Source: Ktedonobacterales bacterium (GTDB lineage Bacteria; Chloroflexota; Ktedonobacteria; Ktedonobacterales; JADMIN01). From it: a DNA stretch of 32,000 nt. Position 1 is the stretch's first letter. Every line of letters begins with the position of its first letter. This document shows positions 8,154 to 16,125 of the stretch, one piece after another. The stretch is taken from assembly GCA_030167145.1 (NCBI GenBank), contig CP126532.1, positions 2,460,001-2,492,000 of the forward strand, in the 5' to 3' direction. The notes beneath the pieces were generated by a model. That model had not been told where the DNA came from. It saw only the letters and a program-made list of their open reading frames with translations, and searched no databases. A program made the translations under genes and the position numbers.

Positions 8154-8855
8154 TTATGCCCCGCCGCGCGCATCCAGCGCCAGCCGGAAGGGGAACGCCA
8201 CCCGCACCCGCGCATCGCGCAGCCCCGCGCGCCCGGCGAAGTCGCGTAGCTCAGCCGCGCTATACGCCCGCCGCACCGAGGCCGGAGCATCGTGGCGCGT
8301 CATGTAGTTCATCGGCGTCACATGCGTCAGCGCGAACGCCCCCAGGTACGCCAGCCGCGAACGCTCCACATCGAAAACCAGCACCCGCCGCCCCACCCGC
8401 GCCATCTCGCGCAGCAGCGCCACCGCCTGCTCCGGCTCGAAGTGGTGCAGCGCCAGCGTGCAGAGCGCGAAGTCGAAGCTCGCCGGCGCATACGGCAAGT
8501 GCAGCGCATCCTGCCGTTCCACGCTCATCCCCGCGACGCCTGACGCCTGCTCACGCGCGATGCTCACGATCTGCACGCTGATATCCGTCGCCGTGATGCG
8601 CGCGGCGATACCCGCTCTGGCCGCCCACCGCGCAATCGCCAGCGGCATATCAGCCGATCCGGAGGCCACATCCAGCAGTGCGAACGAGCGCATCCCCGCC
8701 GCCCGAACTTGCCGCGCCACCGCGCGCACCGTATACGCCCGCCAGCCCAACGCCGCGTTGATGAAACGAATGTCGCGCAGATTGCGGCTCAGCGCCTCCG
8801 CGTCCAGCGTATCGGCATCCAGCAGCTCGCGTATTTCAGCGTCACGCACGCGCAT
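8154..8855 (-). CDS. Class I SAM-dependent methyltransferase
   Basis: Motif I LLDVASGSAD and post-I ATDIS. The Methyltransf_11/25-like core ends LALHHF. Start chosen at ATG 8855 (SD GGAAAGGA upstream); TTG 8888 and ATG 8876 are alternatives. The stop lies 42 nt upstream of the reductase start, so the two are probably an operon. Confidence 0.82.
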   Translation of the reverse strand: MRVRDAEIRELLDADTLDAEALSRNLRDIRFINAALGWRAYTVRAVARQVRAAGMRSFALLDVASGSADMPLAIARWAARAGIAARITATDISVQIVSIAREQASGVAGMSVERQDALHLPYAPASFDFALCTLALHHFEPEQAVALLREMARVGRRVLVFDVERSRLAYLGAFALTHVTPMNYMTRHDAPASVRRAYSAAELRDFAGRAGLRDARVRVAFPFRLALDARGGA

Positions 8856-8961
8856 CACTGCCCATCCTTTCCCCATTCGCAGCGCCAATTCTCTCCCGCG
8901 TCATTATAGCGCCACGGCTCCCCTTCGCGGATTGCTCCCGCCCACTCCCCTTCCCTGGTGG

Positions 8962-8981
8962 GGCGGACATTCCTGTCCGCC
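8962..8981. repeat. REP-like GC hairpin GGCGGACA-TTCC-TGTCCGCC
   Basis: Perfect 8-bp stem with a 4-nt loop in the 300-bp intergenic region 8889-9190. It is preceded by GGTGG, and CCGTAGGGGTG follows 37 nt downstream at 9018-9028. Confidence 0.55.
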
Positions 8982-9190
8982 TTCCGCGTTCCCAGTCCGA
9001 GCAGGCGGACTTCGCAGCCGTAGGGGTGTATGGCGTGCGCCCGTCGCGCGGCTTCAACCGCCCACTGTATCCGCCGCTACATATCCACCCGACCCACGCG
9101 CATCCCCACATCCGTCCCGCGCCGCGTGCTATGCTTTACCAGGCATTATTGACACGGCCACAGCACACAAAGAGAGAACGAGGATTCGGC

Positions 9191-9625
9191 ATGCGCGCAT
9201 TTCGGCAGATGGAAGCAATCGCGGGGGTCGGGGCAACGATCATGGGGCTACTGACGCTAGCCGTGGCGCTCTTCGTGCCGCTGCTCTCCTTCCGCGTCAT
9301 CACCACTACCCCAGACGGGCAGGCCACGGCCCACACCGAAATGCAGACGCTCGCGCAGCAAGTGAGCGGGGGAACACAGACATCGCTACTGGTGACGTTT
9401 GCCGCGCTGGCCGTCAGCATGGGGCTGCTGGCGCTTACCCACACCCGTAGGCGCACACGCGGCGACCTGATCCTGCTGTGGATCGTGTGCCTGCTGCTGC
9501 TGGCCGAAGCCTACTTCTCCATCGTGCTCATCATGGGCGTATTCGTGCCCACCGCCCTGCTTGCCCTCATCTGCGCCATCTCCGGCACGCTGGCGCAAGC
9601 CAGCGCGGGCGCGGCTGAATCCTAG
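9191..9625 (+). CDS. Small 4-TM membrane protein (hypothetical); distant paralogue of 28061-28498
   Basis: ATG 9191 has SD GAGGA 6 nt upstream; the track ORF from 9026 covers the REP-like region. Four hydrophobic spans. The LALTHTRRRTRGDLILLW and VFVPTALLALICAISG blocks align with the protein at 28061. Confidence 0.65.
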   Translation: MRAFRQMEAIAGVGATIMGLLTLAVALFVPLLSFRVITTTPDGQATAHTEMQTLAQQVSGGTQTSLLVTFAALAVSMGLLALTHTRRRTRGDLILLWIVCLLLLAEAYFSIVLIMGVFVPTALLALICAISGTLAQASAGAAES

Positions 9626-9656
9626 CCCACTTCCGCGCCTACTCGTTCGCAATCGC

Positions 9657-10202
9657 TCAGGCGGCGGTTTCCTCGCCATCTTCGGGGCCGCCCACCTCGC
9701 CACGCGCCACACGCTGGCTCAGGCCCACCCACATACTCAACACATCCATCCGCTGCGGCAGCGCAAAATGTTGGGCATGCCAGCCACCGCCCAGCGTCAC
9801 ATCGCCGCCAGCCCCCGCTTCCAGGTCCAGCCGCCAGAGGTCCAGCGTCTGTGTATTCGTCTCCTCGCCGTAGACCTCCACCGCCGGGATCGCCTGTGGG
9901 GCAGCCGGACGCGCATGCTCCGTTTCAGCGCGCGAGCGCGATGTGCCGCCCGCTGGCTCCGTCTTTGGGCGATAGCGTTGCGCCGGCAGCACCTGCGTAT
10001 CTTGCTGCTCCACCACCTGACGGCCCACTGTCTCCAACAAGTTCAGCGAATAGCACTGCAAAATCGCCGACTCGTAGCCGCTCTGCGCGGCATAGCGCGC
10101 CAGGCGCTCCGCCGAGCGTTTATCGCTCCCTGGCGCCCAATAGGGGTAATACTCCCACCCACCTGGCTTATTCAGCGCTTTCGCGACAACTTGATAATGC
10201 AT
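9657..10202 (-). CDS. Hypothetical protein
   Basis: ATG 10202 has SD GGGAGAA 6 nt upstream. 181 aa with host-like codon bias. No family recognised. Confidence 0.5.
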   Translation of the reverse strand: MHYQVVAKALNKPGGWEYYPYWAPGSDKRSAERLARYAAQSGYESAILQCYSLNLLETVGRQVVEQQDTQVLPAQRYRPKTEPAGGTSRSRAETEHARPAAPQAIPAVEVYGEETNTQTLDLWRLDLEAGAGGDVTLGGGWHAQHFALPQRMDVLSMWVGLSQRVARGEVGGPEDGEETAA

Positions 10203-10425
10203 ACCGGTTCTCCCGCTCCGGCTTTGGGGCGGCGCCCACATCAGCCAATATACGCATGAGTCATCAGTTACAAGAACGAAGGGACGGAATTGTCGTAACG
10301 TGATAGCGCCGCGAAGAGGTTGCGCTCATCCTTTTGCGGTGTATCATAGGCTTGTGGGTGGTCACGCGGGTACTATGGGTACTCTTGGGTAACTGCTGGC
10401 GCGCGGCATCGTGAAGGGGAATGGC

Positions 10426-11214
10426 ATGGAACCGGCTGGCATCTGTCTGCGCTGCGGCGCGCCCTATGAAGCCGACGACACCGTCTGCTACTCCTGCGGC
10501 GCGCCCATCGGCGAGATACAGAGTCCCACGCAGCCGGTGCGCGCCGTGCGCGCACCCAAATCCGCGCCCGAAACGGAGCCTGAGCCACCTACCCCCGCAG
10601 CCCCACCACCCGCGTCCCCGAAGCTTCCCGTCTGGCAGCCGCCACAGGCAGCATCAACAACCAAGCGACGCCGCACCCTCTGGCCAGCCATCGCGCTGAT
10701 CTGCGCCGTGACGCTGGCCATCCTCGGCGGCGCGGCCTACATCTCACACGCGGTACACTCCGGCCCACCAGTCGCCAACCAGATAATTTACCGCGATCCA
10801 CAGCACCGCTTCCAATTTACCCGTCCCACCCTCTGGACGCTGACCCCCACCACCGATGGCGTCATCATGAGCGACAGCAACGGCGCCAGCACAGCAACCG
10901 TCCACGTGGTGCAGCCAGCGCCGCCTCTGACCGCCGCCGGCTATGCCACACAGCTCGCGCAAGCGCCAGAGATGCAGCCTCCGCTGGCATCCGCCCCCCA
11001 ACAGACCATCGCGGGCGCCGTCTGGGAGCAGCGTGCGGGACAAGTGACCGGCCAGGACGGTGCGGTTCGCCAAATTGTGCTACTGGTGACGGTGCATGAT
11101 GGCGCAGCCTACGTCATCCAGTTCAGCAGCCCCATCTCCAGCTACAGCGCCACCAACACTCTCGTCTATCAGCCGCTGCTCGCGTCCTTCGCCTTCGACA
11201 CAACTGGCGTCTAA
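10426..11214 (+). CDS. Zinc-ribbon domain membrane protein (N-terminal CxxC-x12-CxxC, Pro-rich linker, 1 TM, extracytoplasmic domain)
   Basis: ATG 10426 is preceded by GAAGGGGA. Zinc ribbon is ICLRCGAPYEADDTVCYSCGAPI. TM segment is LWPAIALICAVTLAILGGAAYI. Confidence 0.72.
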   Translation: MEPAGICLRCGAPYEADDTVCYSCGAPIGEIQSPTQPVRAVRAPKSAPETEPEPPTPAAPPPASPKLPVWQPPQAASTTKRRRTLWPAIALICAVTLAILGGAAYISHAVHSGPPVANQIIYRDPQHRFQFTRPTLWTLTPTTDGVIMSDSNGASTATVHVVQPAPPLTAAGYATQLAQAPEMQPPLASAPQQTIAGAVWEQRAGQVTGQDGAVRQIVLLVTVHDGAAYVIQFSSPISSYSATNTLVYQPLLASFAFDTTGV

Positions 11215-11416
11215 CATACCTCAGCCCACCAACCGTGCTCCGGACTTTCATGGCCAAGACCGCGCCTCCTGTTCTTTTTCTGTTCTTTCGGCCAGAAACC
11301 TGCTCCTCCGTTGGGCATGGCCCTTGCGTTCCCCTTTCCGTCAACGATACATTCTTGTCTATCACTTCAAAAGATGATGCATTGGCAAACCACCAGCAAG
11401 CAGGGGAGAGCGCGTC

Positions 11417-13162
11417 ATGAGCCAGAACGACGAGCGTGAAGTCGAGAGGCAGGATAGCGCCAATGTGGTGAATGGCGCGGCGAATGGCGCCAATGGGAGC
11501 GCGCCCGTTGCGGGTGCGCCACCCGAACTGGACCGCGCGCATCTCATCTTCGCGCTCTCAGGCGTCCTGCTCTCGATTCTCGTCGCCGCACTCGACCAGA
11601 CCATCGTCGGCACCGCTCTGCCGCGCATCATCGCCGATCTCAACGGCTTCGACCGCTATTCCTGGGTCTACACCTCCTACCTGCTCACTGCCACCTGCGT
11701 CATTCCCGTCGCCGGCAAGCTCTCCGACCAGTTTGGCCGCAAACCTATTTTGATGTTCGGCCTGATCGTCTTCGTGCTTGGCTCTGCCCTCTCCGGCGCT
11801 TCGCAGACCATGAACCAACTGATCCTCTTCCGTGGCTTGCAGGGCATCGGCGCGGGCGCGCTGCAATCCGGCGCCTTCGCCAGCATCGGCGACCTCTTCT
11901 CGCCAGCCGAGCGCGGCAAGTGGCAGGGCGTCATCGCCGCCTCGTTCGGCATCGCCACCATCTTCGGGCCGAGCCTGGGCGGCTGGATCACCGACAACTA
12001 CAGTTGGCGTTGGGTCTTCTATGTCAACGTGCCCGTCGGCTTCGTCGCATTCATCACCCTGCTCTTCGGCTTCCCAGCCGTCACGCGGCTGCGCGGCAGG
12101 CGGCGCATAGACTGGCCCGGTGTCGCGGCGATTGTCGCCGCCGTTGTGCCGCTGCAAATCGGCCTCACCTGGGCTGGCACCACCTATCCGTGGGCCTCGG
12201 CGCAGGTGATCATCGCGCTGGCGCTCTCCGTGGTGATGTTTGTCGTCTTCGTCTTCATCGAACGCACCGCCGCTGAGCCAATGCTCCCGCTCGACCTCTT
12301 CAAGAATCAGATCTTCACGGCTGCCTCGGTCGCCAGCTTCTTCATCGGGCCATTGCTGCTCGGCCTGGGCGCGTTCCTGCCGCTCTTCGTCCAGGGCGTC
12401 ATGGGCCAGAGCGCCACCAGTTCGGGGGCGGTCATCACGCCGCTCAGCGCCGCCTCCATCGTCACCAACATCCTCGGCGGCCAGCTCATCTCGCGCACCG
12501 GCAAATATCAGAAGATCGCCATTGTCGGCCTGATACTGATGACCATCGGCATGCTGCTGATCCTGGGTATGGGCGCGGATACCACCAATGCCGTCATCAT
12601 CCGCAACATGATTATCACTGGACTGGGTTTTGGCTTTGTGCTACCGGTCTATACCCTGGCTGTCCAGAACGCGCTGCCCTATAACCGGCTCGGCGTCGTC
12701 ACGTCCTCGGTGCAGTTCGCGCGCTCCATCGGCTCGACCATCGGCATCACCGTCCTCGGCACCATTCTCGCCGATGTCTACGCCAACTCCTTCGCGCGCG
12801 TGCAGTCGCCGCGCCTCCATACCGTCCTCATCACAGCGGCGGCAGCCAAACACCCCGTCCCATCGGACCCCCAGGTGCTCGTCAGCCCTGAAGCGCAAGC
12901 AGGGATCAAAGCGGCGTTCATCCAGTTCTTGGGACCACAGCTAGGGAACACGATCTATAGCGATTTCCTACATAGTGTGCAGCTTGCCCTGCTCGACGGC
13001 TTGCACGCCGTCTTCTTCGCCCTGCTGCTCACCACGCTCTTCGCCTTCATCGCCACCCTCTTCCTCAAAGAAATACCGCTGCGCCAGACCATCGCTCACA
13101 CCGGCGAGGGCAAGCCAGAAGATGAGCAGGAGGCCGCGCCAGTGATGGGCGCTGGCCACTAA
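11417..13162 (+). CDS. MFS transporter, DHA2 (EmrB/QacA-like, 14-TMS) drug:H+ antiporter family
   Basis: SD GGGGAGAG precedes ATG 11417. Motifs: LDQTIVGTALPRIIADL, GKLSDQFGRKPILMFG (motif A), LILFRGLQGIGAGAL. Length 581 aa with many TM spans. Confidence 0.92.
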   Translation: MSQNDEREVERQDSANVVNGAANGANGSAPVAGAPPELDRAHLIFALSGVLLSILVAALDQTIVGTALPRIIADLNGFDRYSWVYTSYLLTATCVIPVAGKLSDQFGRKPILMFGLIVFVLGSALSGASQTMNQLILFRGLQGIGAGALQSGAFASIGDLFSPAERGKWQGVIAASFGIATIFGPSLGGWITDNYSWRWVFYVNVPVGFVAFITLLFGFPAVTRLRGRRRIDWPGVAAIVAAVVPLQIGLTWAGTTYPWASAQVIIALALSVVMFVVFVFIERTAAEPMLPLDLFKNQIFTAASVASFFIGPLLLGLGAFLPLFVQGVMGQSATSSGAVITPLSAASIVTNILGGQLISRTGKYQKIAIVGLILMTIGMLLILGMGADTTNAVIIRNMIITGLGFGFVLPVYTLAVQNALPYNRLGVVTSSVQFARSIGSTIGITVLGTILADVYANSFARVQSPRLHTVLITAAAAKHPVPSDPQVLVSPEAQAGIKAAFIQFLGPQLGNTIYSDFLHSVQLALLDGLHAVFFALLLTTLFAFIATLFLKEIPLRQTIAHTGEGKPEDEQEAAPVMGAGH

Positions 13163-13313
13163 CGCATAGAGATCTCGCACAACCCGAACGGGGCCAGGCG
13201 CGTAGTAAGTGATGTGGCCAGGCGGGCGCACGATGCGATCTACCGCAAGCCTGCGCTGGATGGTGACGCGCCGAATGCGCGTTCTCTTACGAATGCACGA
13301 GGAGACGTTTCAC

Positions 13314-13547
13314 GTGGCACGCAACGCTGGAGGGCACGGCGTCCTGCAAGTGGGATGCTTTACCCTGATCTTCCTGCTCATTCCCATCGTCGGCCACATC
13401 CTGGCGACGGTTCTGGTACTCGCCGACGACCTCACCCTGGCAGAGAAAATACTCTGGCTGGTCGTCGTCTGGGTCTTCTGGCCCATCGGCCCGTTCCTCT
13501 ACCTGCTGCTCGGCCAGCGCCGCACCATCGGCGCCCGCGCCAGCTAG
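13314..13547 (+). CDS. Small membrane protein with a PLD-nuclease N-terminal (PLDc_N)-like domain
   Basis: C-terminal LWLVVVWVFWPIGPFLYLLLGQRR is characteristic of PLDc_N small proteins. Start set at GTG 13314 (SD GAGGAGA 8 nt upstream). ATG 13293 and the track start 13209 are alternatives. Confidence 0.6.
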   Translation: MARNAGGHGVLQVGCFTLIFLLIPIVGHILATVLVLADDLTLAEKILWLVVVWVFWPIGPFLYLLLGQRRTIGARAS

Positions 13548-13579
13548 CACGCACCCACCCATTCCATAGACACCTCAGA

Positions 13580-13612
13580 GCCACCCACATCAGTGTGGGT
13601 GGCCGCTTTTCG
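13580..13612 (+). terminator. Rho-independent terminator
   Basis: Perfect 10-bp stem GCCACCCACA-TCAG-TGTGGGTGGC followed by CGCTTTTCG. It sits between convergent gene ends at 13547 and 13615. Confidence 0.65.
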
Positions 13613-13614
13613 CG

Positions 13615-13902
13615 TCATTGTCCATGCACTTTGCGATTGTAGTCCTCGTGCGTGCCAATCCAATCCCAAACGATCGTGTCGCCAATAAGCTTGCCGATGA
13701 CACGATAATGGTCGCCTACTCGCGCCGAGTAGAGTGTCGCGTCGGCGGGGCTGATCCGCTTAAATTGAAGGCTTGGATGCCGCGGATTCTGGCTGAACAG
13801 CTGATAGGCAGCACGTGCCTGACGTTGCGCGTCCGCAGGGAGGGCCTCCAAAAGCGCACGGAAACGCTTCGTCCGTTTGGAGGTGAACACTACAGATCCC
13901 AA
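13615..13902 (-). CDS. Type II toxin, RelE/ParE superfamily
   Basis: About 91-95 aa. C-terminal YSARVGDHYRVIGKLIGDTIVWDWIGTHEDYNR matches the RelE/ParE-fold pattern (Y-R-hydrophobic strand, WIGTHxxY). The track start TTG 13902 overlaps the upstream gene by 13 nt. An alternative GTG at 13890 shares one base with the upstream TAG (TAGTG). Confidence 0.72.
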   Translation of the reverse strand: MGSVVFTSKRTKRFRALLEALPADAQRQARAAYQLFSQNPRHPSLQFKRISPADATLYSARVGDHYRVIGKLIGDTIVWDWIGTHEDYNRKVHGQ

Positions 13903-14108
13903 CCGCCTTCTTCTACCTCTCCTGCAGCCTCCTGCTCGTCAATCTCGCGAGAAAGCTGGGCGAGATAGGCCTGCGACTCGGGAGTGTTGGTGAGGGCATC
14001 CCACTCCTGTTCGTCAAGGGCCAGGGTAATCAACTCGGCAATGTGGCGCTGCATGTCCGCTGGCTGTTGCTCCACCTGAGCAATGGCATGGCGCAGTTCT
14101 TCAATCAT
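13890..14108 (-). CDS. Putative cognate antitoxin (acidic 72-aa protein)
   Basis: SD AGGAGGAA precedes ATG 14108. It lies immediately upstream of the toxin gene and overlaps it. The C-terminus is acidic. No DNA-binding fold is recognisable by eye. Confidence 0.6.
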   Translation of the reverse strand: MIEELRHAIAQVEQQPADMQRHIAELITLALDEQEWDALTNTPESQAYLAQLSREIDEQEAAGEVEEGGWDL

Positions 14109-14144
14109 CGCGTTTCCTCCTGGCCTTGTCTCGTCTCTACCTGT

Positions 14145-14153
14145 TAGTATAGC
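14145..14153 (-). promoter_or_regulatory. Candidate extended -10 promoter (TGCTATACT) for the toxin-antitoxin operon
   Basis: The minus strand reads TGCTATACT about 37 nt upstream of ATG 14108. It is embedded in an imperfect palindrome CCTGTTAGTATAGCACCAGG (14 of 20 symmetric positions). No clear -35. Confidence 0.35.
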
Positions 14154-14183
14154 ACCAGGAGCGCGAGTACCGCAGCCTCATCA

Positions 14184-15530
14184 CTATTCACCACTCCCAA
14201 CCCCCACCGCGACACCAGGCGCGGCGCTATCTGGCGATGCCACCTTCTCCGTAGCAGTCAGTGATTCGCGGCCAGCCGCGCGAGCAACAAGCAGCGCCAG
14301 CGCCGTCGCGATAGCCAGCGCGCACACCCCGAAGAAGAACGGCAGCCGCAATGTCACCGCCGCCAGCGCCGCGCCGGTAATCGGACCAAGGAACCAGGAA
14401 AGCTGCGACGGCAGCAGCGAAAAATTGAGGATCGAGGCCCGCCGCTCCTCTGGCGCCAGCAGTGCCAGCAGCGCGATCACCGTCGTCCCGATGCCGCCCT
14501 GAAACAATCCATTCCAGACCACACCCCCCTGGAAGGGCAGCAGCGCTGGCGCCAGCCCCTCGATCAGCAGCCCAACGGCAATCGCGCCGATACAGACCGG
14601 CAGCACCCGCCAGCGTCCCACCACATCGCCCAGCCGTCCCCACAGCGGCGTCGTCACCGCCATCGCGATCCCTGCTAGCGTCAGCGTCGTGCCGATCACC
14701 GTCGGCACCGCCACCGACGGACCAACATAGAGCCGCTGCAACACAATCGGCACGAACGGCGTCACCACCGACATACCAAACGTCGCCGCGAAATACAGGA
14801 TGAACAGCCGCAGCACCACAGGCGCGGCCACGATGTCATGCACCGCCGCGCGCAGCATGCGCCCCACCGTCGCATTGCCGCGCCCTGCCACTCGCCGTTC
14901 GCGGATCACCAGCGTCAGCGCCAACCCCATCAACGCCGAAAGACACGCATCAAAGAAGAGCAGTGTTCGGATTCCTGGCCCCGCCACCACCAGCCCACCG
15001 ACAAACGGCCCGATAGCCGAGCCGAGCGGAAAGCCCGCGCTGGCGATGCCCACCGCCAACCCCAGGCGCTTGCGCGGCGTGCGTTCCGCCAGCAGCGCCA
15101 GCATCACCCCCGTATTGCCCAGCACGAAGCCGCCCAGAAAGCGCGCCACCGCCAGCACCCACACATTCGGGCTGAATGCGGCAATGGTGAACAGCACACC
15201 CTCGACATACGCGCTGCGCACAATAATCAGCTTGCGCCCATAGCGGTCCGCCCACACGCCCCAGAATGGCAGCAGCGGCAGCCCCAGCACAAAGCCCAGC
15301 GCCGACAGCACGCCGGTCCACTGCGGAATCCGCGCCTTCGCGATGCCCAGCTCTTGCAGAAAGATCGGCGTGAACGCGCCGAGATGCCCGAACGCCTGCG
15401 ACTCCACCACGCCCGCCAGCGTAAAGGCCACCAGCAGCACCCGCCAGTCGTCCCGCCAGCTACCCCGATCTTCCATCTCTCCGGCTTCCCGCCGCGTCGC
15501 AGCCGTCTCCCCGGTCGTCTCCAGCCTCAT
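14184..15530 (-). CDS. MFS transporter (12-TMS type)
   Basis: Start is ATG 15530 (SD GGGGAAGGG upstream); the track ORF extends to 15677. Motif A-like GVWADRYGRKLIIV; a second-half motif is also seen. TM spans run throughout. Confidence 0.88.
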   Translation of the reverse strand: MRLETTGETAATRREAGEMEDRGSWRDDWRVLLVAFTLAGVVESQAFGHLGAFTPIFLQELGIAKARIPQWTGVLSALGFVLGLPLLPFWGVWADRYGRKLIIVRSAYVEGVLFTIAAFSPNVWVLAVARFLGGFVLGNTGVMLALLAERTPRKRLGLAVGIASAGFPLGSAIGPFVGGLVVAGPGIRTLLFFDACLSALMGLALTLVIRERRVAGRGNATVGRMLRAAVHDIVAAPVVLRLFILYFAATFGMSVVTPFVPIVLQRLYVGPSVAVPTVIGTTLTLAGIAMAVTTPLWGRLGDVVGRWRVLPVCIGAIAVGLLIEGLAPALLPFQGGVVWNGLFQGGIGTTVIALLALLAPEERRASILNFSLLPSQLSWFLGPITGAALAAVTLRLPFFFGVCALAIATALALLVARAAGRESLTATEKVASPDSAAPGVAVGVGSGE

Positions 15531-15867
15531 GTCGCGCCCTTCCCCGTGCCAGCCGGCTTCCCATCGTTCCCGGCTTGTGCCAATAGTATCAAAACTGTAG
15601 CACAGGACGGCACGGACATGCCGCCGCTCACCCATTTCGCCGCGCAACCCTCCCAATCTGCTTCTTTTAACCCACACTCCGCTGCCATACGGGCCGCTTT
15701 CGAGAGTTCCTATACGACTGCGGCATACGGCTTACCAGTATGATCGCACCGAGCAAGAAGTAGACAAGGTTAGCATCTGACGAATGGAACGACACCGAAG
15801 AAGGGAGCGTAGACCATGGGAGAGCATGGTGGAGGCCGCTCACTCCAGGGAAAGGTCGCGTTGGTAG

Positions 15868-16125
15868 CTAGCGCCTGCGCGGCTCGCGGGGATACTGGTC
15901 ATACTCATCGTACTGGTTGTACTGATTGCGGTATCTCGTGGCCTCGCGCTGGCGACGGCGCGCTTCCTCTTCTTGCTGGCGGCGCAGGGCTTCGGCGCGC
16001 CTGCGGCTGAGCATGGTAGCGATGAGCAGGATCAGCGCGATGATGAGCAGCCCTGCTACTGCCGCGACGATGATGACCGGCGAGATGCCGCCGGGTGCAC
16101 CTGAGGAGGGGCCAACGGAGGTCAA
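15868..16125 (-). CDS. Small single-pass membrane protein with an Arg/Glu- and Tyr/Gln-rich cytoplasmic tail
   Basis: TTG start overlaps the upstream gene's TGA (CTTGA), suggesting translational coupling. TM is ISPVIIVAAVAGLLIIALILLIATML. Tail is RRRAEALRRQQEEEARRRQREATRYRNQYNQYDEYDQY. Confidence 0.5.
   Translation of the reverse strand: MTSVGPSSGAPGGISPVIIVAAVAGLLIIALILLIATMLSRRRAEALRRQQEEEARRRQREATRYRNQYNQYDEYDQYPREPRRR

Noticed and set aside
7301-8581. Several plus-strand and alternative-frame ORFs (7301-7963, 7449-8153, 7667-8290, 8150-8581, 8458-9450)
   Set aside because: They overlap the FAD reductase and methyltransferase genes. All are Arg/Pro/Ala-rich with no motifs.
11374-11439. 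Short ORF MMHWQTTSKQGRARHEPERRA overlapping the MFS transporter start, considered as a drug-responsive leader peptide
   Set aside because: It has no Shine-Dalgarno sequence upstream, no associated alternative hairpins were found, and it is probably a chance ORF.
14838-15743. 301-aa plus-strand ORF opposite the MFS transporter
   Set aside because: It is antisense to a gene with clear MFS motifs and TM periodicity, and its His/Arg/Gln/Pro-rich translation is implausible.
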